Shown: one piece after another, positions 37,269 to 52,327 of the stretch | How the letters are laid out: each line of letters starts with the position of its first letter | Position numbering within the stretch: the first letter of the stretch is position 1 | Assembly (NCBI GenBank): GCA_904063045.1 | Contig: CAJFCJ010000004.1 | Location: 1,233,713 to 1,297,712 of the forward strand | Direction of reading: 5' to 3' | DNA: 64,000 bases | Source of the DNA: Dimorphilus gyrociliatus | Lineage: Eukaryota > Animalia > Annelida | Notes under the pieces: model-generated | What the model was told of the DNA's origin: nothing | Database searches by the model: none | What the model saw: only the letters and a program-made list of their open reading frames with translations | Position numbers and translations under genes: made by a program

Positions 37269-40200
37269 CTAATAGGCAGCACAGGTTTGACAACATTTTT
37301 CTCGCATAAAATACGAACTACACTTCATAGCATCCCTATAGAAATTACAAATACTTGGTGATAAACGATCGCCAAAAAGGCAGTTTACATCATTAGATGC
37401 CATTCGACGACATGTTTCGCAGCAGTGGCGTCGATTTGCAGTAGAATAACAGTCACGTCTGTTCAGGCGACTGCAAAAATTTGGTATGCGATCACCATAC
37501 CAGCAATCGCGTATGGTAGAGCGGAACTTTAAACATGATTTGCAGCAGGTGATTTCCACCTTTTTAAAATAGCACGATCGCTTTTCAATGATGTTACAAT
37601 ATTGTTTTTTGTCACCATATTTACAATTAGCAGGGCCTGTGTTGAATTTTTGGCAAGTTTTACAGCAATCTGTTTCCAGTTGGTAGCAATCGCTAGGAAT
37701 TAGGGCGTTGCAGGAGGAATTTTTATCTCCATAAGCGCATTGCTGATTCGAGGCGTCCCAATAGGCTCGGCAAGTAGCACAGCAGACTACTTCAAAATCG
37801 TAGCATATTCCTGGACCTTCAGCGATTATCTTTTCGTCGCATCTCTTTCCCTAGAAACAAACCGAAGTAGAAGAACAATAATAGAGGAACTATTAACCTA
37901 TTGCCATTTTCTTCGTCATTAACCTATAATCAGTCTTCCGCTTCTTAGTAGGGGTTAACTGACATATAAACGGTCATTGAGTCAATTATTTAAATAATAA
38001 CAGTTATTAATATAAGTAGCCCAAGTTCCTTTTTCCCTTCCAGCCGTCTCTTTCGCACTAACTTTACTTCTCTCTAACTAAGAGTGGATATGGTTAGGAA
38101 CTTGGTTGAGAAAATTCGAATAATCAATTAAGATAAAAGAAACAAAAGTAATTACAAATTGAGTCTAAAAAAGAAAAACAATGCTCTTAATTCATCTCTT
38201 TTTGTCAAAAGACTTAAATTTTAGTATGAATATTTCATTATTAAAATACTGTATATCTAGGTAAATATAATTAAAAAAAGGCGTTTCTCAAATATTTCCA
38301 ACATTTTAGGATATAATCTTATATAAGGAGCTTAAACGTGTAAGAAGCTCAATTAACCTGAAAGAGAGTTATATGATGGCGTATTATAAAATCCTTAGGA
38401 ACTCTTTCTCCTTTTCTATTTGTCACAATCATAAACCTTTTACTATATTTTTATACGAATACTGACAGTTCTATTATTTTACAGTTAGCTTTCAATATTA
38501 ACTGTAACTGATAGATTAATTATTACAATACAAAATTTATCTTTATTAAGTTATACCTTCAGATTATTTGATAATTTAGTTGCTTGGACTTGAGAGGAAT
38601 TTGTAAAATCTATGCATCCGGTTCCGGGCTCTGGTTCCGTTTCATTAGGCGATCGGAATTTACAAGTTTTGCAACAAACTTCAGGACTATAATCGCAATC
38701 GGAAGTTTTGCATAACGTTGATATATCACCGTATTCACAGCCTAGAACTTGAAATTTTCTTTGACAGGACTCACAACAAAAAGGGGCATTGTAATAACAT
38801 TCGGTTTCATGCATGTACTTGCACTCCCTGCCCTTTTCGCAGGGCGCCAATTCGCCCTTATTCATTAGCGCCATTCTATGCAGTAAATTCGTCGAATTCG
38901 TCCTGGGAATTTGGATTGTATAGTATGTAGAATCGATATTTAATACTCCTGTCTGTTTATGTTTGAATAAAGATACAAAAAAAGAAGAGATAAAACATCT
39001 AATCTAATCTATCATAATTAAAACATATGTTAATCTACTGTTTTCCCTAAAAGAAATATGTAAAAACAGAGAATTATTACATAGTAGAGGAATAAACCAC
39101 TTGTACGGTTTACCGCTGTAATAACCAAGATTTCTCGGCTCTGTTCCGATCTTGAGATATAGATGGCGCTAGCCTGTCAAAATGTTAAGTAAAAGGGTAA
39201 AAAAGAAACAAATCAAAGGAGACAGAATATACATATAAAAACAAGCGAGCGCTAATTGATTGTTTAAGTTTTTCTTTTGTATAATGTATAATACAACTGA
39301 AAACTTTAGATAGAATTACTTTTGTTTGTAAAATTCCAATTAGGTATACATCTTAACTTTTTTTTTACATTAATCTTTGCACTAAAAATAGCTGCAACAG
39401 CATCTTAATGTTGATTTAGTAAAATAATGGATTCTTTGATACACGTCCAATCTATAATGACGTATAATACAAATACAATCTCTTGTACATGTGTATATAA
39501 ATATATATCCTGCTGGATTGTTTATAATGAATATCATTGAATGGTCCATACTCAACTAAATAATAACTAATTTTTGTAATTAGAAGGGAAAAATTTACTC
39601 AACAAAGTAATTGTATAGAGAGTTAAATAATAGCCTATGTTAGTCCATGTATATGTAATTTACATATATACAGTATATATATATATACATATACTAATAT
39701 ATAAAGTATATACCATAGCGCAGTGGTTTTTACCTTTTACTTAACTAAATTAAGAGTACAGCTTCTGTCTCTATTATTTAGAAATGTGTTAAATATATCT
39801 TTTCCTTTCCTTCTTCTTAATCGTCTACTCTTTTTTTAACTGTTTAAACATTCTTCGAAAGTATATCAACTATCCCCTCTTACATTAGGAGGTTAAGGTC
39901 TTAGAGAAGATAAAAACCCTCTCCAACTAAAAACTGACCTTAATGACTAATTGAAAGGTATAAAACAATTAAAATCAAGTATTTGCGGTCCATATTCTAG
40001 ATTAGTAGGGAAGAAAAAAAACATGTAAGGAGTAACTACAAGGTCGACTAAATTCATCAAACTAAGCTATTTTAGGTGCATATTTCTATGGATTTTTATA
40101 GAGCTCGTGCTGTTTGATAAATAGAATTCTTTTTCTTGACGGATTCTTTTAGGCGTTTCCAATAAAAATAGTTATAACTTTTTTTATCTTAATGATTCTG

Positions 40201-40386
40201 TTTAAAGAAAATCAAGTAATCATATTTACCAGTTTATTCTAGCAAAAAATTAAACTTATAAATTCTGATTAATTTTACAGTGCAAATAGTTGTATCAAGC
40301 GTAAAATAAATTCTATCGAAATGAGAAAACAAAAAGAAAATTAGCTTATTCTATATAGGCAATAAGAAATACCATATACTGTATAT

Positions 40387-40423
<37 letters not shown>

Positions 40424-40732
40424 TATATATTTGGGGAATATCGTTAATCCTTCATTTTAAGCTTATTAATAGTCGACTAAAGTTTATATACTTACAAGAT
40501 CATTGCTAAAAATATCCCGTTGGACATTAGATGTTCTTCTTAATGATTTTCTATCTAAGAAACTATAGTAATCGTTTGAAAAATTGAACACAGTAACTGT
40601 CATCCATTGCGGTAAATTTGGCCATGTAACATTAATATTTGGTATAAATTTGACATTATCGTCTAATCTAACACTTAAAAATAATTGTATAAAAACAAAG
40701 AAACATGTATCTAACAGTTTATGAAAATTCAT
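37269..40732 (-). CDS. Secreted Cys-rich protein: signal peptide, metalloprotease-prodomain-like region, about 7 six-Cys PLAC-like repeats; about 424 aa
   Basis: Exons 40732-40496, 39173-39114, 38952-38557, 37850-37269 (phase 0). N-terminus MNFHKLLDTCFFVFIQLFLSVRL is signal-peptide-like. Repeats follow C-x-[YF]-G-D-xn-C-xn-C-xn-CC-x-[ST]-C (e.g. CEYGDISTLCKTSDCDYSPEVCCKTC, CWYGDRIPNFCSRLNRRDCYSTANRRHCCETC). The exon 2/3 boundaries have alternative solutions. Confidence 0.8.
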
Positions 40733-42926
40733 TTTCAGCTTTCTATCATATTTACAAATCAACTCTCTCTAAACTTGTAAATTGTTGAAAGTAATAAAAA
40801 TAACTTTGGCCAATCTCAATCACTCCGGTTCGTCGATATTGCTTTTTTGTATTGCCTATTACGAGGCCTAACAAATAGTAATAAGTTTACATATTTTCTC
40901 TTATTTAATAACTTTTCCTCTTTTTATTCGAAAATTAAATATATATATATATATATATTATATCTATATATGTATATATATAGATAGATAGATAGATATA
41001 TTGTACTAGATATATTGTCACAATACACACTTATATAAAATATTCAATTTTGTAATATAAAGTTTCAAGTATCTTTCTGAAAGAAGTAAGAAAACTCATA
41101 AATAAAGCTTTCTATTATAAATCTTTATATCTTTATTTAACAATGGCAGAGTTATGACGGAAGTATTCTTAAAAGAGAAATAACTAAAATGAATGACTCA
41201 AATAGGAATATTTTCACACGTTTTTAGATAATGAGATATATTGTTAGAGAGGACTTCTGTGTCGTCTTTTATTCCTAGTTTATACAATATATATATATAC
41301 AGCACATATATATTTGCTAATTCAGACAGATATTCTATCTTATTGAGAATTCTCCCATTATCCTATTTAAGCCAGAGGATCTTAAGAGTTATCAATTAAT
41401 TATTTGTTACGTTTCTTTATTAGAGCAGAAAGTTCTTAAATTGACTCCTCTGCAATTTTTTTAAGTCTGCTCGTTTGATGAAAATGTAGTAAAAAGAGTT
41501 AAAAGCTTACTAATGATAGTTAATCAACCAACTTTTAAATATAAAGTATTGCCTTAAGATGTTAAGAAATTATACCTTTTTCATTTTAAGTTAGGAACCT
41601 AGTCTAAGTACTTAATAGTTATGTTAGCGAAATTTATCATGTATAACGTTCATACCAGACAAGAACTATAGGTACCTAAAAATATCATATATGAAGAAAA
41701 TCTCTTCGTTGCTTTGTAATCCAAGTCAATGATGTCCTTAAGCTAAGTTATATAAGCAAACACCATTAAAAGAGTTGTTTTAAGTAAATTTCGACTTTCG
41801 ATAACTTTCTTTAAGGGGGAACATAAGAAAATGGAATAATATAACATCCTTTTCAGCTTTTCCTCTTCTATCAAATTTATTGTACCTGCCTTCTAAAAAA
41901 TTCTTTTCTCTTTTGAAATCTGATCAACAATAAAAGAAAATATTTTAAAAGGAATTTTTATGTTAGCGAATGGAAAACTGGAAAAGAAAATATAATATTA
42001 AGATATAACAGTATCTAACATACTGACCATAAATCGTTCTAATAAATAAAGAAGATTATTTAGGAGCTCGGACTATAAGGTCTAAATTTTCTATGGACTG
42101 AGGGCTCCTTCAATTATATATATAGTGTACACATATATTCAACTTGATTACAAAATATTCCCTTATACTCTTTGAACAAGTGTAACTTATTCTGTATTTT
42201 TATCTTTTCAATTTTTCCAAAAAGGAAAGAAAAAAGGTTAAAAAAGAGATTCATTGTATATGATTCGTTATTTGGTAAAAAAGAAAAGAAAAGAGAGAGA
42301 ATAAATAAAGAAATAGCTAATTCTTCTTCATCTAACTGACATCAAATAATACAATGTATAAATTTAAAAAAGGATATAATACATATATCGTCGCACTGTA
42401 TACATTGTCTTAAACATTATACGAACATTATTGTATATGAAGATAGGATTCAGTTCAAAAATGTGCAAAAAAAATGCATATATATACATATTTAATATAT
42501 ATAATGTATATATAAATGATATGTCTTTCAGTTTAAAATATGAATAGAACAAAATCGTTAAAATGTATACATAAAAAAATTAATAAATATCATAGATTTG
42601 AATAATTTTTGTATCAAATTTTTATTTTTGAAATACGTTCTTGTATGTTTCTTTTTTCATAAATTTTATAAATTGCTTGTCTTCTTCTTATGATAAAATG
42701 ATTCTTGGAAATTTTCTATTTTAACCAAGTCATAATATTTGTTTCCTCCTTAGGAAAATGGGAGCATGAATAAAACTAATAAAATTTTAACCATAATATT
42801 TGTTTTATCAAGGAGGTTTTTCTGCGTTAATACTTTCGGAATGAGACAACATATTTACACACTGTTATACGTATGTTATGCAGTTATAAAGATTAATAAA
42901 AACATAAAAGCATCAATCAGCATCAA

Positions 42927-45223
42927 TCAACTTCTAGACACAGTTAATGGTCGCTTCTTGCGCCATCTACAAGTCAATATTCGCCAATACGTCCTCCTAA
43001 AGTTAGCGTTACATAAAGCGTAGCAAAGTGGATTTATTGTACTATTTATATAGCATAGCCAGTACCCTAGAAAAAATAATGAAAGTATAAAAATGTTTAT
43101 TAAGAAATTAGATTTTTAGAAATGGGTGTCTTTAGTCTACGAGATAAAGAGATAAATCGAAAATAAGAAAATGAAAAGTTAGAGAAAGTTGGAAAAAAGA
43201 AAGGAAGAAAGAGAGCGAGAGAGAGAGATAGAGAAAGAGAGGAGAGATTAGAGCGTGTGTATGTGTGCATGTGTACAGGAAGAAGTGAGGAAGAGAAGAG
43301 ATGAAATAAATAATGGAGAGAGGGGTTCAACATATTTTCTCAATAAATTTTTATAGGAAATAGATTAATATTGTCTCTTTCTTTCTTTCTTTCTTTCTCA
43401 CTCACCCACTCTCACTCTCTCTCTCTCTCTCTTTTCACTTTTCTTCCTATCTTTCTCTCTTTCTCTCTCTCTCTCTTTCTCTCTCTATATAGATATATAT
43501 TTCTCTCACTCACTCTCTCTTTCTCGTGAAAAACAATTAGTGTATAAATTAGCTTATCTGAATTCAATTTTTCGAGAATCAATTAAAAGTTAGGTACTTT
43601 CCTTCTTCTGTTAAAAAATACGGTTGAAAATTTGGCTTTTTGTTTTGTTCAATGAGTTTAAAAATAAAAAAAGAACTACAAAAAAGTGAATTTGTGTTTT
43701 CTAGGAAAAGAAAAGCTTTAAAATTATGCTTCTGTATAGAGCAAATTTAAAAAAAAGAAGGAGGACATTAGCCTAGAGTCTACTTTAAAAGTCCTCATAG
43801 TGTCGATATTCAAATGAATGTTAATTATTTTGAAAGAAGATATTTACCTATACCATAGACTGTCTCGTGGACAAATCCTGGCTGAAAAGCTTCAACAAAA
43901 ACAAACAAGTTGTAAGGCGTCCAAGTAATTATAAAGGCTAGCAGAATAGCACTCAATGTCTTGGCAGCCTTCGTGTCTTGCTTCCTTTCGTGACCTCTCC
44001 TACGTTCTTTGTGATTCGGTAATTTCCGAGTTCTTTTCAAAAGTTCTTCTTCCGTGTCGTCCTCGTTGTACATCTTTATGGAAGCTTTAGAACTTCCTTC
44101 TTCTGGAAGTTTGATTAAAATTGTATATGTATCAGCAATATCATCAGGTGGTTTTGAAATGAGAGGTATCATTCTCTCATTCTTTCCATTTTGCTTAGGT
44201 GATGTATTACTCCATTCGTCTTCATGATCAGTTTCATCTGCTTCATCAATTTTGCAACATCTCCTCCAACAATACCTATTTCTCCTATTTGAAATCTCTT
44301 CATCGGAATCCGTAGAATGAGCTTGTAACTTCTCTAACCCCCTTTGTCTCTTTTCAGTTTCTAAGTAGATTTTGAAGTAAAGCACACACATAATAAAAAC
44401 AGGAAGGTAGAAGGCTGCTATAGCTGTTGCTATTGTCACATACTGATTACTCTTTAAGAATTGGATATAACAATCGTCCTCAGGAACAGTTCGACGGCCC
44501 TCTAAGTGTGGCCAACCATAAATCCAAGGTGTCCAAAGTATTATTGAGACGACCCAGGCGCAGAAAATCATAATTGCTGCTCTTTTTGGTGTTCTTTTTG
44601 CTCTATAGGTTAGCGGTCTAGTTATACTCAGATACCTGAATAGGAGGGTATGCAAAAACTTTACGTAATAATTAGCGATATTTATACGTACGACGGGGAT
44701 TTAAGGCCCCGATTTATAATTGATCCTTATTTATGAAATAGGACTTTAAAACGACTTGATTATATATTCTGTGGCGTTAACGTTTTTGATTGCTTAAAAG
44801 GAAATAAATAATAAAGCGAAAAGTCCCTTTGAAAGTGATAAAATTTTACGTGACTAGCTAACGAACTAACTCAAATTACCTGTCGAAGCTAATCAGTAGA
44901 AGATTAGCAACGCTCGCATTGCTCATAGTATAATCCAAAGACAGCCATAAATCGCAGGCAATTCCACCCAACGGCCAGGACCTTCTTATTAATTGCACAG
45001 TATACAAGGGCATTGAGAATAGGCCTATAGCTAGATCAGCGACGCTTAAGCTGAGTAAGAAATAATTGCTAACGGTTTGTAATTGCTTGTCCATCTTGAA
45101 GCTGATCATAACCATTAAATTTCCGCCCGCCGTAAGAGTGGCGATAATCGTAACGATAATGGAGACAATAACGATTTCGGATAGGGAAGCCTGGTCCCCG
45201 GAAGTGGAATTAGTCGAATTCAT
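42927..45223 (-). CDS. mAChR-A: Muscarinic acetylcholine receptor, A-type (M1/M3/M5-like); 3 coding exons, about 423 aa
   Basis: Exons 45223-44880, 44635-43848, 43066-42927 (1272 nt). Motifs [82 protein letters not shown]. The orthosteric Asp/Tyr/Asn residues are intact. The last exon is not in the ORF track. Confidence 0.95.
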
Positions 45224-48200
45224 TTTTTTGGCCTGCAATATAGAAAAAGAAGCTAGAATATTGGCGAAAAACCTCTCCTTCTAATTGATTGACCAAACGA
45301 CGCAGATGCGCGTAGTTTACACACTACAGATAGGCCTAGACAGTATTGGTAGTCATTTTTCACGAGTCCTCACCAATTCCTTTTTTTTATGAATATGACA
45401 GATTTAGAGTATAATCTATCGCTTACCAACCGATTATAGCCTTTTTTTTTTACTTTGTTAATTATGTACAATCATTCCTTTTATTCCATTAGCATAAAGT
45501 ATTGAAAAGACTTTTTCCTTCTTCATAATTTATTTATGCTAGTTTACATTACAAAGTTCAGAAATATTAATATTTATTATAATAATAGGCAATTTTACAG
45601 TTGTTTCAAAATATAATAAAACCCTTATAACTCTTATTTAAGCCCTTTTTATCAACCAATAACGCATCTCTATGTATAATACCTTTTTATAAAAATAGAT
45701 TATTTCTTTGTATCCGAAAGCCAAAATAGGGTATGAGTAGTTTAATGTAAACTAATATAAGTAAATCCATCTCCTCTGGTTAATAAGAACAAAGAGAATA
45801 GTAAAATATCCTGATTTTGGGTCATTTACAGTTAAATTATCTTGCTGATTTAGTATGATTCTGTTGGTCAGTGGCGTGACAGGTTGAATAAAATGATGAG
45901 TGATCAAAAGACATGCGAGTATATATATATATACAGTATATATATTTATATTAGAATATTTATATATGTTCTAATGAAAAATTACTCTATTTTTAACTAA
46001 ACACAAGTATAATATAAATCAAAATACAGTATACAGTATATTATAAAAACTGCAAAATTTTCTACAGCAATTATTAAGTAATATATTGAATTTTTATCTA
46101 TTTTATCTTGAATAAAAGCTACCTACTATTCTTCTGAGTTTGTAAATATTAGTGCAATATTAATAGATCCATTTTCCATTTATAATCCACGTTTGCCTCC
46201 GAAAAAAAACTATACAAAAAATCATGGTTATAGAGTATGTATCGTCTTTTACAAGTCCGCTGACTAGATGAATCTAACCGTCCGTAGGAAAGTAAGATTC
46301 GGCTATTCATCAAAGTTTCTCACATAAAATCAACACGAATTTCCATCGTTTATCATCCAAGCCAATTTCGGTTATTATCCCAAGCGTTTTTTCACGCCTA
46401 CACGGCGATTTTATCACCACAGTATAAACAATGCTGTTTATTATATAAGAGTTTGAGTTACTCTTTAGCAAAGTTACTTTGGAAGCATATCGTTGTTTGC
46501 ATGTTTGAAATATTGACCTAAATTGTACTTTTATGACTATAAGCTACAGAAAATAGGCCTTTTACAGACTAGTTTGATGGAGTCTTATACAATTTGTTTT
46601 GTTTATCAAATAAGAGATCGATTTACCCTAGTTGAATAACTTCGGATGCATCACTAATGCATTTAAAGGCTTACATTGCTAGTAGACGCATTTGTAATTG
46701 AAAAGACTCCCTTCTTGAAAGTCTCTTAGAATGGAGAAATATCAGTTTCTTTTTTAATTTTTTTTCTTCTTTCCTTGTATATTGTCAACAAGAATGCCCC
46801 GAAAAGGATAGGAGAAATACAATATATATATAAAATTTATATATATATATATATATAAATCGCATATATAAAATGAATCTTTTTGTATACTGTATAGAGT
46901 ATAGCATATTGCATATTGGTAGTTCATCATTGAGCTGAGGGTATCTCTCTTTCCTCTCTCTTTTTATTATCTAGAACGTACTTAAAAATGTACTAGAACA
47001 CTAATAAGCATTAAAAATGATCATTACTACCTGATAAAGAAATAAAAATAAAAAATGGCTAAAAATAGCCGAATATTTTACCCTTTTCTAAGAAAGTTCT
47101 AATACTCTAGGTCATGACTTGACGAAAAATGACATGCAACCTTCTTTCATAATCATGAAAGCAAAAGGGAGTAATAGACCGTGCATACCCAATTGCTGTT
47201 TTTTGAATGAAACCAAAATGTTTTCAGGCTATTTATCAGCGGAAAGAATTACAATGACCTCTCGCAACTAAGCCACTTACTAGTCGTCAATAATTCAGTT
47301 TGGGTTGTATAGGATTTAAAATAAAATTATTTTTTTTAATCGCATTTTCTATCTATTTCTTAAACTATAAAGCTAAATCTTTACAATCAAACGCGTACAT
47401 TTTTAAATAGATTGTACAGATTAACGATATTACAGTTTATTAAATTATTACATAAATTATAAAATTAACGAGTCTATGATGTATTTAGTGTTATCGTTAA
47501 TAAAACCTTTTAAATATATAGATATATTCTTTTTAAAAGACTGATTCTAGAGACAAATATTTTCTACTTAGAAAAATTAATAACGTTGTGTTAATTAAAT
47601 AATTTTTATGCTATTAATAGAATATTTAAGAACGGATATTATAACGGGAAAAAGTTTAATTAAAAGTTATTTCTTCAACTTTTAGCTTAATAAATAGAAA
47701 TTTTAAGTTGTTTTTGTCAAAGAAAAAGAAATTTAATTTAATTTCTTCTTCTTCCTTCTCCTCCTACTCCTCCCCCTCCTTTTCTTTTGCTACCCTGACT
47801 TTTGTTGTTTTTTCTTACTACTGCTTCCTTTAGTCATTGAATTAGAAATATAAAAAAGGATAAAACATCTGCCTGTAAAAACAGCAGGACGCCATCTTTA
47901 AGGGACTAATTGTAAGATCAGCTAAGCACTAGGGAGTCGTCAGTAATTCCTCCCCACGGCTTTTCTAATTCTAAACTGTCTACCCGGAGAAATCATGAAG
48001 AAATCTCGTTCTTATACAACTGTTTGTTTGAAGATACTAAAACAGTACGTCAAGTGTCAAAATCAATGCAGTTGAATGTTACGTAATATTATAAATAAGT
48101 TATAAATAACAAATCAAAAACATTATTAAAGCGAGATAAGAATAATAATAAAGAAAAACTGAGAAAAACAGAATGTAATCTCATTTGTTGAATGAAATCA

Positions 48201-48594
48201 AAAACTTGGAAGCAAAGTTCTCTAATATTATTATCTTTAACAGTATTATATTACTATACATTACATTGTTGTATTTATAAAAGAAATATTTAGGGGCGTC
48301 TTAGATATTATTAATGGGAAATGTTTATCTATTCGAAAGCAAACGCCTTTGAATGAAATGAAGCGAGGAAAGTCTTTTTGTACATACTCGGTTAAACTTA
48401 CTGAATCAAAATCCAACTGCTTCCGCACTATTTATCAGCGCAACCAATTACGATCACCTAAGCACCTAAGCCACTTAAGAGGCGTCACTAATTCATCCCT
48501 CAGGCCTATCCAGTATAACGAAACCACGCCGGCGCTTCTCTACAATGTTTGAGAGACTAGAATTTTCCCTCCAGCCTAACCATTTTCACCTTAC

Positions 48595-48690
48595 GTGCAC
48601 AAAATCAGGCCATTTAGGGATATCGTCGACGAAGAGTTGTCGACTCTGGTAATGGATGGTGATGAGTTTTTGTTGGCCTGCATCTGCCAG
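48595..48690 (-). other. Candidate 96-nt upstream exon of the muscarinic receptor transcript
   Basis: TTTTAG| acceptor and CAC|GTAAGG donor bracket a GC-richer stretch. The receptor ATG is preceded by an acceptor (TTGCAG| at 45232), so an upstream exon must exist somewhere. Confidence 0.35.
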
Positions 48691-49855
48691 CTAAAATTTT
48701 TATGCTAATTATGATCATGAACCGACAGTGATTGATTGCCTATCGATTTATGAGCGTTAGATTTAACAAATAAAAAAATTCGACAAAAAGAGGAAACATA
48801 TAGGCCTAGGAATTGTCTCTCTTTTTTTCAACATCCCTTCCCTCCTATCTTTTTTTTACGTCTTTCGAATTCCTATTTCAAGCAATAGTTATCTTGATCT
48901 AATTTTTATCAATAAAATTAAAATTTAGCCCTGATAAAAAAAATATGACAAAAGCTGAAGAAAATAATGATTGTACAAAATATCTAGACTTTTAAAGGAG
49001 TAAATAATTTAGAAGAACGGAACGAAAGAGGAAAACTAAAATCCTGATGGAAATACTTAAACAAACAACTAAAAGAGACAAAAAAGAGTAAAATAAATGA
49101 AATTAAATAAATTGTAAAAGATATTTTTCACCTATTAGAAACAAATTTTTAATCGATAAGAATCAGAAATGAAAGGAATAGAGACAAATTCCATACGTTA
49201 AACATAAAACAAAACTAGAATCTTCTTTTATGAAAAGAGAAACGAGTGGAGGACAAAAATTATTCAGAGAAGATCTGTGTAATTCCATATATGTAATTGA
49301 ATATATTCCAACGGAATAGCATTTACAGATGCTAAAAAGACCGCATCCAATCTTATCTAACTTCTTTTTTAATAGTATTTATCATTTTTCGATTTTTAAC
49401 ATTTAGTCATTTTTTAGGCCAGATATACCATATATAAAGCGTATAATATCTATATTTAGAAGTTTAAAATCCATGCAAATATATATATTTTTATATATCT
49501 TTGATAAATGTACAGAATATGCTATATAAATATACCTCACACGTATTTGGTTATTTATATATACAATATATTGTAATTACTATTTTCTCACAAATTCTTT
49601 TCCTATGCTGTGTATAAGAAAACGGTTTCTTAGTTGTAAAAACCACTTATTCATCACTTATAGACTATAGAGTAGACGATAGGCAGGCCGATTTCCAATA
49701 ATTTACTTTTTTTTTTTTTACAAAACGAAGAATTAACGTCATTCGACATCAAATATTTTGGTTCCAAGGCAGAAATGCAAACTTTGGAACGTGAAATATT
49801 TGACGACAAAGCAACGCATTTTTTTTTATTAATATTATTAGCTAGAATCTTTCTT

Positions 49856-49894
<39 letters not shown>

Positions 49895-51209
49895 CTCTAG
49901 CTTACTTTCTCTCTCTATCTCTCTTTCTCTCTATATATTTTGCATATTTTTTTTAGCATGTTATTAATACTTAATTCTTTGCTTTAGTTATTCTAATTCT
50001 ATAGTTTATTTTTGCTATCCATCTCTTCATATCACCCATTTCCCCTTCACACTTCTCTCCTTTCAACTACACTATCCTCTAACTGCCTCCTTCCACCCCT
50101 TCCCGCAAATTTTTTTATTTTATTTTTTTCTCTTTAAATATTTAGGATATTTCCAAGAATTGGTTTGGTATTTTCCCATTTTTTATTACTATCTCTCTAC
50201 TTCAGCTATTCACTTTATCTTCTTCCAAAAAGTTTTCTTTCTTTTGACACCTCCTCTCCTTTTCTTTCTCTTTTCATACTATTCAAAGACTGTTTTATCT
50301 TTAACTACATACATTATATATCTATCAAAAAGGGGGGGTATTTATTTATTTATTAGGTAGCGGATCGTTTATCTTTGGTAATTTATCACCGCCACCCGCT
50401 TTCATCCTATCAAGTTTATTGATAAACTATCATGAAAATTTTTTCCAATATTATCCTAAAAACCCTATTGAATGTCTATTTTTAAAATAAATATTTCCAT
50501 AATTTACTCTTATTTTATAACTTATTATTTTTATAATCAAAATAATTTAGAAATATGTAATTTAATATTTTACATGTGCCGTATTCCCTTAAATTTTTGT
50601 TTTCTTATGCGAATACAAACATTTGACTAAAAACGTTTATCAAACATTTTCTCAGTATAGGTGAAAGGTAATTGAGGTCGTATGCAAATCATCTACAAAT
50701 TTAGAAAAGAGTATCGAATCTTTATATAATATATATATATTTAAGTTCTGATTAATTCAGTTAAGGAATATGATAATGCGTGAGGATAACGTTTTAAAAT
50801 TCATCCTGGGGCATCTATATAAACTCCAATATATCAGTTTGGAAGGATTAATCTAATATAAAAAACTATTTACTTATAGCTCTCATCTTAGGAATCTCTA
50901 CTGGAAAAAGAATATTCCAAACGCAACATGCAGCACATACATATAATAAACCTTTTAACAATTATACCACATTTTAAAGTTATAGGAGTTATGACATTGC
51001 TACTCATTATTTTTCTTATTATTTTTATATTATGGTAGAATTACTGACGAACACGTTAGTTAGCAAGGAAATATCATGATATTTCGACGCCTATCAACGA
51101 AAATTCTCTGTATGAGAGAATTTATAGGATATTATTTTTATGGTACAGTTTTACATGTTCGTAAAATGTTACATTAATATTTATATCCTTTTTTGTCTCT
51201 TTCTCTCTT

Positions 51210-51245
<36 letters not shown>

Positions 51246-52296
51246 ATGCTTTCTTTCTCTCCTTTTTTTCTGCCTTCCTTTATCTTATATAAACTGAATA
51301 AACTGTAGATATTGCATATTTCTTTCTCTTAGTCTCACTTTTCTAATACTCTTTGTCTATGTCGCTCAGTTTTTCCTCAGATAACTTTTAAGAGATGCCT
51401 CGTATATTTCTTGGCCTGGGAAGTTCAGGCGGAAATTGGTGAGAGATATTGTTAAACTTTGGTTTACTTTCTTTTTTACAACTGAACGATTTGAGTAAGT
51501 TTAAGTGAGATAAAAGTGTAAATTAAAACTACTTGTTGAGCATTCAATGAGACCACAATAAACTCTCTAAATTAAATGAATATGAATATTCATTGGGTAA
51601 TAAATATGCAAATGATTGTATGGCATTGAAATTATTCGGCATAATTCAAATTCATTTGAACTTAATATACGATTAAAGTAAAAAGAAATCACCTAACCTA
51701 ATCTTCTTCCATTTGCTAATTAGCTTTGATTCGACCAACAAAAGCTAGACGGCTCTCATTTCCTGCAGTTCGGCCAACTGGAACGTTTTCTTTGTCAATC
51801 GCCTGCAAACAAATTTCGTTGTAGAGTTAGATCGATTGTGTCGATTCGTTCTTGCGTGCAATTGCGCAATTTATTAGAAAATATGTATTTTTTGCGATTA
51901 AATTCTAAAATACTTCGGACATTCATGAACTATCTTCCCTATTGGACTTTAAATTGATAAATGTTTAACTCTAATAAATTACATAATACAGACAATAATT
52001 TATACTTTTCATCAATATTGCTAAATGGGAAATACATCAATGGGAAAAGGAGAAGAGAAGAAATTGCAATAGTTAAAAACATTCATTCTATTTCCTAATA
52101 ACTTTCTCTTTTTTAAAGAATCTTAGTTGTAGATTATTTTAGACATTAGACCTAAATCTCAAACAGAACATGTCTTTCCTATTTAGAATACAATTTAAAT
52201 AAGACCTGAAAAGTAAAGATATCGATAAAGCTATTATTAACTTTTGGATTTAATACAATTGAACTAAATTGAGGCAAGAAAATCAGTACCAGAAAG

Positions 52297-52327
<31 letters not shown>

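Noticed and set aside
37925-37960. Small candidate exon LTPTKKRKTDY in the Cys-repeat gene
   Set aside because: Available donors are phase 1 or 2 whereas the next exon needs phase 0.
51381-51438. Plus-strand exon-like stretch encoding MPRIFLGLGSSGGN (HPPK/FtsZ-like glycine motif)
   Set aside because: Only 15 codons and no continuing exons found; probably chance.
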